A DNA stretch of 64,000 nucleotides from Naegleria gruberi (taxonomy: Eukaryota): the NCBI GenBank assembly GCA_000004985.1, contig GG738908.1. One strand, 5' to 3'. The position numbers and the translations under genes were made by a program. This document shows, piece by piece, positions 57,301-64,000 of the stretch (its first letter is position 1; each line of letters opens with the position of its first letter). The notes beneath the pieces are model-generated. The model saw only the letters and a program-made list of their open reading frames with translations. It was not told the origin of the DNA and did not search any database.

Positions 57301-57833
57301 GTGACAGATTGTACAACTCCTGCTGATGAAAGAGTTGCCATAAATGGTATATTCTTAAAGCTTGAGAATGTCTGTGAGGTGACTTGGAAACGTCCAATAC
57401 AAACTGGATACTGAGCAACAAAATACCCAGTCAACAATATATCTGCTTTGGAATTGAGGAATGTAATAGATTCACCCTCAAGTTGTGCTCCTCCACAATC
57501 ATCCTTTATGTTTACCTCCAGGAAGGAATTAAAAGTTTCACCAGAACGAACATTTCCCTGAATCATCACTCGTGAGGAATTTAAACTTGGAAGTGGAACC
57601 TTAATCAACATGTAATGTTTTTCATTATTGTCGGAAATTACATCCACAAAGGACGAACCCTCCCCAAGTGTTTTAATGGTACTGTCAAAATTCTTGATGA
57701 GGCCGTATTTGCAGTTTGGTGCAATCTTGGTCATATCTGAGCAAGGTTCCCCTAAACCTGCCTTAATCACATCAAATATTGAACATGATACAATTAAGAA
57801 AATTAGAACAAACGGCAAGACTGTTGTTCTCAT
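51366..57833 (-). CDS. Giant (2155 aa) type-I transmembrane glycoprotein: signal peptide, beta-rich N-terminal domain, jacalin-like lectin-type segment, ~14 tandem EGF-like/tenascin-type repeats, a long S/T-rich stalk, a TM helix and a short cytoplasmic tail
   Basis: The signal peptide is MRTTVLPFVLIFLIVSCSIFDVIKA. The EGF-like repeats take the form C..G.C.....C.C..GY.G..C. The TM helix is AAAVILIPIFICCGCFIAIPITVGCIIV, followed by REKRKRD. ATG at 57833. Confidence 0.8.
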   Translation of the reverse strand: MRTTVLPFVLIFLIVSCSIFDVIKAGLGEPCSDMTKIAPNCKYGLIKNFDSTIKTLGEGSSFVDVISDNNEKHYMLIKVPLPSLNSSRVMIQGNVRSGETFNSFLEVNIKDDCGGAQLEGESITFLNSKADILLTGYFVAQYPVCIGRFQVTSQTFSSFKNIPFMATLSSAGVVQSVTPFSNLIGYSIQAMYIDNVSGKRYFIMQKGYQIYLIIYKDQVILKKAIAGCEDTTKCKVMAIHYSVVYDRVVVSFFDTQEFQLIIDGENKEYLPHQSSLWVLLLNPKDGSYVHSQKVFHSSSAMIPTPKIKFDSLGKLNILLSCEADCFLNGNAISPNIFLLQYDYIKTTFTFTKNFIQISQFKQDYFKIHSLSIERDNTIATVITGTSADPYSIVDGNSRTMQAQSKSVYQFRFRHLEGKIIQVQQLSTEYDITDSFIVSTSSPIVNSNNYVGEQKPIIYIRLSGTSKELKALSFSSNGYYLGTEYQYVTSSASYGGKTSSPQSTSKFIKGMKIKHSSDYVYGIEFRFRDGTSQSIGSSDNRETEFTLADDEYITKIHHEYRDYGFWIWASTTLACIRFDTNKNSYGANGCWGGNIEYVPSGLDLVGASMSCGAVVDSIWYHYGYWPTYSCASGYTGASCNTPVCYDLEATNPNVCNGKGKCTGPNTCSCSASISPSDSGTCVPYGFCEDLSSYNSGSCHGRGTCFFNSTCACDRSYYGDACEIEAACFGISKSSYGVCSNHGKCTDIDLCECSTGYAGKNCELPICFGKVANETDVCSGQGTCVKPGICSCKTGYYGSMCQSFGCNGTDSSQPRVCSSKGTCVDYNNCNCTDGYFGENCEQFTCNGTHFMDPNVCNGNGICTALDTCSCTRPKSIGSNCQTCEDGYYGTHCEKWTCGGIENSSPAVCSARGHCKSVNICVCESETIKGDTCQDCITGYYGSKCGNWTCDNVPHSEESVCNYRGTCTSYNVCKCNTRSNGTYCEQCLDYYTGQSCSGCIGAHFGDDCFNFLESDQATYFDYSVDLNMDQNLWGIGKKLAAFSIVTNSNYRYTSSKVDCEKIFGNIDKLVTKSSTSYPMLCYVTENRLNSDLHSYRYTIKAYVSQSDAIFSPREPIMFNVFWSNPKSDKYVSVQLDVSAFLSSFQHYYDGVSAKISNGKISSKSMNRCFESNVKAEYSQPEHGNFQAMTWELTGNSVALMSNKLVSDAIQNSQNQLEWTFPYVSDILKLSTIDMSVSVISNFGLTYTKNLSFPIEGSYPKLLLKVPTTKIVMTSTQATIPLAQFFAENQECVDARTVSFQVHSTYPTYYFNWETTEKAIVIKPKTFSENLSFTIELIDGTTLPFQLQMIAPTVLIKESLIVYKPSRIPSITLTCKNYYGAESLQKSIVFLLLENNHVYRKISLETSSATVSVPVNTIYPDFNMTIDHTFTVACLQSYYYSVAPAPDLLNLMTNSENQPVVIGKSTQVVSFIPDTRIDVSSCNVLGATLTGMKVNNVIPSLEESTTYFLDILTSQASNCQVDIRYIGSQFERYPLASIFVSGTRYLLPLQYKNGKLKSKDSTIQNVGKYFTLSLMGTSDVTDVTVPVTVQDSLSDQIKLKDCTITPSKLEVGFTIGKLSCTMGNPLSTISMTLLNEDSIVATSVSFPISFKTTKFGSNFKILFSDTKTGGKLTMPIKLTNVIEFSTNSLFTNDVVSSLSNSLSSPTNDFHKSNDLVISIVSNIGTVAQNNSVISEISKIIPLALNATATSLSTQLDTNLAQNSVTSEDMSNYMNQVKVLSKPQFLTEETTSKTVDMINKFVDISSKAAVWSSDSSNSLSEILVNVASKIPETSTIKLASSIVNAAISLGTKTELTTLDFFPGEKPSNLVSINAVKTSISALNSNSFSFSNSNSSLVSFSVSMISTIQMVNIANSLFKFPTKLSRKVEDVKKEYVSQLNISNSLTGSVHINIPIPSYIAPISSRTNQTFRCSLTLDFTNFETESSCKFVKTSFQLLTDIKASEQTLIVHCLCDLSSLSNLMNNSMVGITADYLEQTLPNDINAPLSNDSSGAAAVILIPIFICCGCFIAIPITVGCIIVREKRKRDNAKETNKEAPPNPQYERVVTSSTLQSNSSQNAFRFEHRDSTTPTIGHRQPYSIAMKTFSTIDVIDVHFDNPTTI

Positions 57834-58237
57834 ATTGAGTTGTTGAGTGTTTTGTTTTTCGGATTTTGGAGAAGGGACGCAAAGTCGATGAGGCCAACAC
57901 TTTTGACACTCAATTCACACCCACACAATTTGTGGTTGCATATTTCCTGTTGTTTGGTCCACTGTAAATAGTGTTAAAAAGGGTGCAGATGGGCTCACAT
58001 AGAGTCCACCACAGCCCTTCTCCAAAATTGTAAATCTTGAAAAATAACAACTTATTAAGACTTGATTACAGTTGCCAAGGGCGCAAACAGTAAATGAAGG
58101 AAATTGCCAGCACGCAAACAACAACATTTTGAGGTGTGAATGCACAGTTTGTCACAGATGTTTGCCTCTTCGTCAATGCGTCTTCTTTTGAAGCAAAACT
58201 TGAAAAAAACAACAACACAAACAAACAACACTCAGAG
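57834..58237. promoter_or_regulatory. Shared divergent (bidirectional) promoter region between the two head-to-head EGF-repeat paralogues
   Basis: A 404-bp spacer lies between the two start codons (57833 on the minus strand, 58238 on the plus strand). Its GC content is higher than that of typical spacers in this window. Confidence 0.4.
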
Positions 58238-61200
58238 ATGAAACTTCTTCATCATCACTATTTAACTTTCCTGTTATTGTTGTGGGTAGCGAGCTGTGTA
58301 GTGGCTGTGACCTTAGAACCATGCGCGGACATGACCAAAACAGCTCCTTATTGTAAGAATGGCCTCACTAAGAATTTTGAAAAATCCATCAAGGTATTTG
58401 ATGGTAGTTGGGAATTAAGGGATTCAATTGCTGACCAAAATGAGAGACACTATATGTTAATTAAGGAAAATTCATCAAAGATTATCATTCAGGGAAATCA
58501 ACGTTACGGCTCAAATTTCACACAGTTCTCATCTACCACAATTCAAGATGATTGTGGACAAGCAAATATTGAGGGAGAATCAATAAGGTTTTTGAACTCT
58601 GATGGGCAAATTCTATTGAGTGGTTGGTTTGTGGCCAGTGAATCTGTTTGCATTGGTGATTTTCACGTGTATCCACAACAAAATTCTTCAGCAAACTCAA
58701 CAGATCTCGCAGAAACTAGTATCCCTTTTTTAGCAATTCTTTCACCAATTACTGCTGCTGTGCAATCAGTGGTAACTCTTACGGATATGATTGGGTTCAG
58801 CCTGCAATCCTTGGATATAGATCAATATACTGGTAAGATTTACTTGATTATGCAAAACAAGACTCAAATCAACTTGGTGACACTCTTCAAGAATCAAATC
58901 ATTCTCAACCAGCAAATTGCAACCTGCCAAGATCCAACCAAGTGCCAAGTCTTGTCTATTCACTTCTCTGCCTTGTATGAAAGAATTATTGTCTCTTTCT
59001 TTGAGAAGTCTTCCTTTCAATTAACAATTGCTGGCGATATGAAAACGTATTCATCTTATCAATCAGCTCAATGGGTACTATTGCTCAATAAGGATGGATC
59101 CTATATTCACAACCAAAGAATCTTTCATAGCTCGGACTCTGTTATGTCCACACCTAAAATCAAGTTTGATTCTATTGGAAAACTCAACATTCTCCTTATT
59201 TGTGAAAGAAATTGTTACCTTAATGAAGATGCTGTTTCACCAAATGTATTCCTTCTTCAGTATGATTATGTAAACACAGTCTATTCATTTGTGAAGAACT
59301 TTATTTCTACAACTGGAAATTTCACATTCACCATTCATTCACTCTCTGTTGAAAGAGATTTAACACTGACTACTGTAATCTCACCACTTAATTCAGTTTC
59401 GTATACAATTAAAGATGTAGCAGGAAGATCTATGCAAGCTGTAAATAATACTGTCTATCAGTACAGATTCAGACATGTTGATGGAAAGATTATTCACATT
59501 CTTCCTCTCACTTCTGAAGTTGATTTGACTAATGCATTCCTAGTTTCAACTTCCAGTCCAGTTGTCAACACTAACAACTTTATAAGAGAACAGAATCCAA
59601 TCCTTTACACAAGAACATCACCAATTACATACAAGACAGAACTTTTTGTTCAAGCATATATTTATTATGGCAATAGAGATAATGAAAAGGACTATACCTA
59701 CATCTCGAAAAGTCCTAGATATGGTGGTGATAGTGGAGCTGGAGATCCAACAACCCAAAAGGTGTCAAGAATTGATATTTTGGGTGATGGATACGTTTAT
59801 TGCTTCAAATTCACATACACCGATGGAGCTATCAAATATTTTAATGAAGCAAGATGTATTGGTAGAGTTATCACTGCCTATTTAGACAATGATGAATATA
59901 TCAAGGAGATGAGCCACGATTATACCACCTTTGGGAGTGCGCAGATATTGCTTTGCATTTCGTTTAAAACAAACAAACAAACCATCAATTTTTTATGTGA
60001 CAACAAAGTGAAATTTGTGGAATATGTCCCAGAAGGATTAGAGGTAATAGGGTTTGGAGTTAAAAGTGGTTATTGTATTGATTCAATCTCCTATATGTAT
60101 GGCTATACCAATACTTATTCATGTGCCAACGGTTACAGTGGTGATGACTGTTCAGCCCCAGTATGTTATGATGTTGATTCTTCCAGTAAGTTGGTGTGTA
60201 ATGGAAATGGTCGATGTGCAGGTCCTAATAATTGCTCCTGTATGTCATCAAGTGTTAACACTGACTCTCACAATTGTGCATCATATTCATTTTGTAATGA
60301 TGTTTCATCCAACAGCGTGGCCATATGTTCTGGAAGAGGATCATGCCATTACAATGGAACATGTAGTTGTGAAAAAGGTTACTACGGAAATGAATGCTCA
60401 ATCGAAGCACAATGTTTTGGTATTCCAAAGAGCAGTTATGGAACTTGCTCTAATCATGGTAATTGTTTAGACATTGATACTTGCGAATGTAATGTAGGTT
60501 ACACTGGAAGAAATTGTGAACTCCCAATTTGTTTCGGAAAGGCGGCTAACACTTCAGGTATTTGTTCTGGACATGGATCTTGTGTGAGGCCAAGTGTCTG
60601 TTCTTGCAAAACTGGTTACTATGGTCCAAAATGTGAATATTTCTATTGTAATGGAACTGCCAATGCTTCTCCATCAGTTTGTTCATCAAAAGGTGGCTGT
60701 ATAGACTACAACAAATGTGTTTGTAAGGAAGGTTACTATGGTCCAAACTGTGAGCTCTATAATTGTAGTGGAATTGTGTATAATGATCCAAATGTTTGTT
60801 CAGGAAACGGACAATGCATTGGAGTAAATAATTGCGCATGTACCACTCCAAGATCTAGTGGTCAATCGTGTGAAAAATGTGATTCTGGTTACTTTGGGTC
60901 TCACTGTGAAAAGTTCACATGTGGCAACATTGAGAGCACCTCTCCAACCGTATGTAGTGGAAGAGGCATTTGTAAATCTTTAAATACTTGCATTTGTGAA
61001 AATGACAATATTAATGGAAAGCTTTGTGAAAGTTGCATCACTGGTTACTATGGGGAAAAGTGCACCAATTGGACATGTAATGGTATTCCAAGTACTAATA
61101 GTTCAGTTTGTAATTATAGAGGAGTTTGTTCTTCGTATAACAATTGTGTATGTAATAGCAGATCATATGGCACATATTGTAATCAGTGTATTGGATTCTA

Positions 61201-64000
61201 TGTTGGACAAACATGTGGATCATGTGCTGGATCTCATTATGGTGATGAGTGCTACAACTTTTTAGAATCAAATAAGGCCCCATATTTGAATTATCAAAAT
61301 GGTTTCATAATTATAACCAATACCAATTTTAGATTCCAGCAGGGAACTGTTGATTGTTCTCGTGTGTTTGAAAATGTTGGTGATATTTCTAAAGTTATCA
61401 ATGTTGTAACTTGTAAAGTTACAGAAATTGGACTCAATTTGGATAAACGAAGTTATAGATATACTATTGAAGTAACTATACCAAATAACTATGCAATTTT
61501 CAATCCAAGAAACCCTATCAGCTTCAACGTTATGTGGTCATCAACTAAAGCTCCTATTTATCAAATGGTCAACTTGGATATAAGTGACTTTTTGAAGAAT
61601 GAACAACCTTATTATCGTGGAGTATATTTCCAAGTGACCAATGGAGTTGCTAGTGGTAAAACAATTAACAGATGTTTTGAAACCAAAATCAAGGCATATT
61701 ATTCTCAGCCAGAATTTGGTACTTTCCAAAGCTTAACTTGGAATTTGACTGGAAACTCTGTATCATTAATGAAAAACAAATTAGTGAGCGATGCCATCCA
61801 AAATGCTCAAAACAAGCTCGAGTGGACTTTCCCTTACATTCCAGAGCTATCTCACTTTGGTTATATTGAATTATCTGTCAGTGTTGTCACTAATTTTGGT
61901 TTGAAATATACTTCTAGTGATGCGCTGAGCGTGAGTGGAAGCTACAGAAAAACACCTTACTATTTCCCAAGAACAACATTCCTTCTCACATCTAACGAAC
62001 TTACAATCCCATTATCACAATACTTTTCAGAAAATCTGGAATGCATTGATGGAAGAACTATTTCATACACAATTTCTAAACATTTCAAAATATTGGATAG
62101 TTACTTTTCTTTGGAGTTTACAGAAAAGGATATTGTCTTCAAAGCAAAGACCACTTCTATGTATATGTTTATTACAATCCAAATGATAGATGGTACTCAA
62201 ATTCTACTCAATTTCAATTTCAAACCTCCAACAGTTTCAATTAAGGAAACTGTAGTTGTTTACAAAGAATCAAGTGTTCCAACTTTGACTCTTTCTTGCA
62301 AGTATTATTATGGAAGAGATCAAATTTCCATTCCACAGATGATGTTAATAATGGAAAATAATCAAGTTTATAAGAGAATTATGATGGCTCAAACAGACGA
62401 AACTGTTTCATTGCAAGTCAATCAATTGTATCCTTGGTTTGATTTAACGATTCCTCACACCTTCACTGTTGCTTGCTTGCGGTCAACTGATTATGCTCTT
62501 TCTGACCTTTCTTCTCTTTCAAGAGTTATTACAAACTATAACAGTATCCTACCAGTTGTTGGAATTACAACACAAACAGTTTCCTTTATATCTGAAACAA
62601 TTAATGATTATTCTTCATGTAAGGTCCTTGGTGCAAGTTTGATTGGTTTAAAGTCAAATACCATTCCATTCCCAGAAATTTGGACTACCTATTTCCTTGA
62701 GATTTTGACAACTCAAGCTCCAAACTGCCAAGTTGATATTTCATATATTAATTCTCAAAATGAAAAATATATGTTAGATAATGTTTCTGTGAGTGGTTCT
62801 AAATATGTACTTCCATTACAATTTTTAGAAAGAAAGCTCAAATCTAGGTTGACAACAATTTCAAATCTCTACAATTATTTCACACTTTCCTTAAAAGGAT
62901 CCAATGATTTAGTTGAAAAAACTACCAATTTAATTGTACAAGATTCATTGTCTTCCATTGTTAATGTTGCTGATTGTACCATTTCTCCTTCAAAGATTGA
63001 AATTGGCTTTACACTTGCAAAACTTTCATGCTCAATATCTCCACCCTCCACATACTTAATGACACTTTATCATGAAGATTCTATTGTGGCAACTTCGTAT
63101 TCCTCACCAATTTCATTCAAGTTTTCAAAGAGTGGTAAGAATTTCAAGCTTCAATTCCTAGATGAAAAAACAGGAGGACAAACAACTTTGCCAATAACCC
63201 TGATGAACCAAATTGAGTTTAGTACAAGCAGTTTGTTTACAGATGAATTGGTTTCATCTATATCAAGTAGTCTGGCAAATTCAAGTTCAGATTATTTCAA
63301 GAATAATGATTTGGTAATTTCAATGGTTTCTAATTTCAATTCTCTTTCTTCAAATAATTCTATTGTTATGGGAGAAATTCAAAGAATAATTCCAGCTGCT
63401 TTAGCTGCCACTACTTCTTCAGTTTCCACCCAACTGGATGTCAATCTAGCCCAAGGATCTGTGACATCCGAAGCAATTTCTAAATATATCAATCAAGTCA
63501 AAATTCTTTCAAAACCTGAATTCCTTACTAAGGAAAGTACAATGTCAACTGTTGATATGATTAACAAGTTTGTTGATATTTCAAGTAAGGCAGCTGTTTG
63601 GTCATCAGATTCTTCAAATTCACTTTCTGAAATTTTGGTAAATGTTGCAGCAAATATCCCAGAAAGTTCTACTATCAAATTGGCATCTTCAATTGTGAAT
63701 GCTGCTATTTCGTTGGGAACTAAGGCCGAGTTGACAACTTTAGACTTTTTCCCAGGTGAAAAACCATCCAATTTGGTTTCTATTAATGCTGTCAAGACTT
63801 CAGTAGCCTTTTTGAATTCGAATAGTTTTTCCTTCTCCAATTCTAATAGTTCATTGGTCTCTTTTAGTGTTTCCACGGTTTCCACCATTCAAATGGTCAA
63901 TATTGCAAATTCATTATTCAAATTCCCAACCAAATTATCAAGAAAAGTTGAAGATGTAAAAAAGGAATATATTTCACAATTGACCATTTCAAATTCATTG
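58238..64000 (+). CDS. Paralogue of the 51366..57833 gene (EGF-repeat giant TM glycoprotein). The 5' end is complete and the 3' end runs off the window.
   Basis: Manual translation from ATG 58238: MKLLHHHYLTFLLLLWVASCVVAVTLEPCADMTKTAPYCKNGL.... This is collinear with the minus-strand gene and roughly half the residues are identical (...PKIKFDSIGKLNILLICE...; EGF repeats CNGNGRCAGPNNCSC...; ...KLVSDAIQNAQNKLEWTFPY...). The frame stays open to 64000. It is not in the ORF track because it is incomplete. Confidence 0.8.
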   Translation, partial: MKLLHHHYLTFLLLLWVASCVVAVTLEPCADMTKTAPYCKNGLTKNFEKSIKVFDGSWELRDSIADQNERHYMLIKENSSKIIIQGNQRYGSNFTQFSSTTIQDDCGQANIEGESIRFLNSDGQILLSGWFVASESVCIGDFHVYPQQNSSANSTDLAETSIPFLAILSPITAAVQSVVTLTDMIGFSLQSLDIDQYTGKIYLIMQNKTQINLVTLFKNQIILNQQIATCQDPTKCQVLSIHFSALYERIIVSFFEKSSFQLTIAGDMKTYSSYQSAQWVLLLNKDGSYIHNQRIFHSSDSVMSTPKIKFDSIGKLNILLICERNCYLNEDAVSPNVFLLQYDYVNTVYSFVKNFISTTGNFTFTIHSLSVERDLTLTTVISPLNSVSYTIKDVAGRSMQAVNNTVYQYRFRHVDGKIIHILPLTSEVDLTNAFLVSTSSPVVNTNNFIREQNPILYTRTSPITYKTELFVQAYIYYGNRDNEKDYTYISKSPRYGGDSGAGDPTTQKVSRIDILGDGYVYCFKFTYTDGAIKYFNEARCIGRVITAYLDNDEYIKEMSHDYTTFGSAQILLCISFKTNKQTINFLCDNKVKFVEYVPEGLEVIGFGVKSGYCIDSISYMYGYTNTYSCANGYSGDDCSAPVCYDVDSSSKLVCNGNGRCAGPNNCSCMSSSVNTDSHNCASYSFCNDVSSNSVAICSGRGSCHYNGTCSCEKGYYGNECSIEAQCFGIPKSSYGTCSNHGNCLDIDTCECNVGYTGRNCELPICFGKAANTSGICSGHGSCVRPSVCSCKTGYYGPKCEYFYCNGTANASPSVCSSKGGCIDYNKCVCKEGYYGPNCELYNCSGIVYNDPNVCSGNGQCIGVNNCACTTPRSSGQSCEKCDSGYFGSHCEKFTCGNIESTSPTVCSGRGICKSLNTCICENDNINGKLCESCITGYYGEKCTNWTCNGIPSTNSSVCNYRGVCSSYNNCVCNSRSYGTYCNQCIGFYVGQTCGSCAGSHYGDECYNFLESNKAPYLNYQNGFIIITNTNFRFQQGTVDCSRVFENVGDISKVINVVTCKVTEIGLNLDKRSYRYTIEVTIPNNYAIFNPRNPISFNVMWSSTKAPIYQMVNLDISDFLKNEQPYYRGVYFQVTNGVASGKTINRCFETKIKAYYSQPEFGTFQSLTWNLTGNSVSLMKNKLVSDAIQNAQNKLEWTFPYIPELSHFGYIELSVSVVTNFGLKYTSSDALSVSGSYRKTPYYFPRTTFLLTSNELTIPLSQYFSENLECIDGRTISYTISKHFKILDSYFSLEFTEKDIVFKAKTTSMYMFITIQMIDGTQILLNFNFKPPTVSIKETVVVYKESSVPTLTLSCKYYYGRDQISIPQMMLIMENNQVYKRIMMAQTDETVSLQVNQLYPWFDLTIPHTFTVACLRSTDYALSDLSSLSRVITNYNSILPVVGITTQTVSFISETINDYSSCKVLGASLIGLKSNTIPFPEIWTTYFLEILTTQAPNCQVDISYINSQNEKYMLDNVSVSGSKYVLPLQFLERKLKSRLTTISNLYNYFTLSLKGSNDLVEKTTNLIVQDSLSSIVNVADCTISPSKIEIGFTLAKLSCSISPPSTYLMTLYHEDSIVATSYSSPISFKFSKSGKNFKLQFLDEKTGGQTTLPITLMNQIEFSTSSLFTDELVSSISSSLANSSSDYFKNNDLVISMVSNFNSLSSNNSIVMGEIQRIIPAALAATTSSVSTQLDVNLAQGSVTSEAISKYINQVKILSKPEFLTKESTMSTVDMINKFVDISSKAAVWSSDSSNSLSEILVNVAANIPESSTIKLASSIVNAAISLGTKAELTTLDFFPGEKPSNLVSINAVKTSVAFLNSNSFSFSNSNSSLVSFSVSTVSTIQMVNIANSLFKFPTKLSRKVEDVKKEYISQLTISNSL

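Noticed and set aside
1-64000. CRISPR arrays, rRNA genes, transposons and LTRs
   Set aside because: No direct-repeat/spacer arrays, rDNA-like conserved blocks, terminal inverted or long terminal repeats, or transposase or reverse-transcriptase ORFs were seen. The only large duplication is the inverted gene pair at 51-64 kb.

Overview
The window reads as compact, AT-rich (~35% GC) eukaryotic nuclear DNA from a protist, not a prokaryote. About 30 protein-coding genes lie on both strands with short intergenic spacers. Many genes carry very short spliceosomal introns (39-135 nt, donors GTAAGT/GTATGT/GTTAGT, acceptors YAG), and products often include poly-N, poly-Q, S-rich or Gly-rich low-complexity tracts. 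Four tRNA genes are dispersed through the window; there are no rRNA genes, CRISPR arrays or obvious transposons.

The supplied ORF track uses non-ATG starts (TTG/GTG) and omits ORFs that run off the window ends. I therefore re-read several loci and merged adjacent ORFs into multi-exon genes where GT-AG introns restore the frame. The divergent beta-tubulin together with receptor-type class III cyclases suggests a Naegleria-like heterolobosean amoeba, but this is inference only.

Main points, each detailed in the findings:
- A head-to-head pair of diverged paralogous genes for giant EGF-repeat transmembrane proteins sharing one 404-bp promoter.
- A 7-exon gene for a collagen-like, Gly-rich protein with a large unrecognised C-terminal domain.
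- A 7TM-RGS receptor-like gene that is only visible after splicing.
- A ricin-B lectin plus PARP catalytic-domain fusion protein, truncated at the window start.
- A highly divergent beta-tubulin with E2F-like GC-rich motifs upstream.
- An F-box/LRR gene interrupted by a 1-nt frameshift in a T5 homopolymer.
- A gene in which a 135-nt intron removes an in-frame TGA.
- Two tRNA-Ala copies with a conserved 5' flank, one of which lacks the G3:U70 alanine identity pair.
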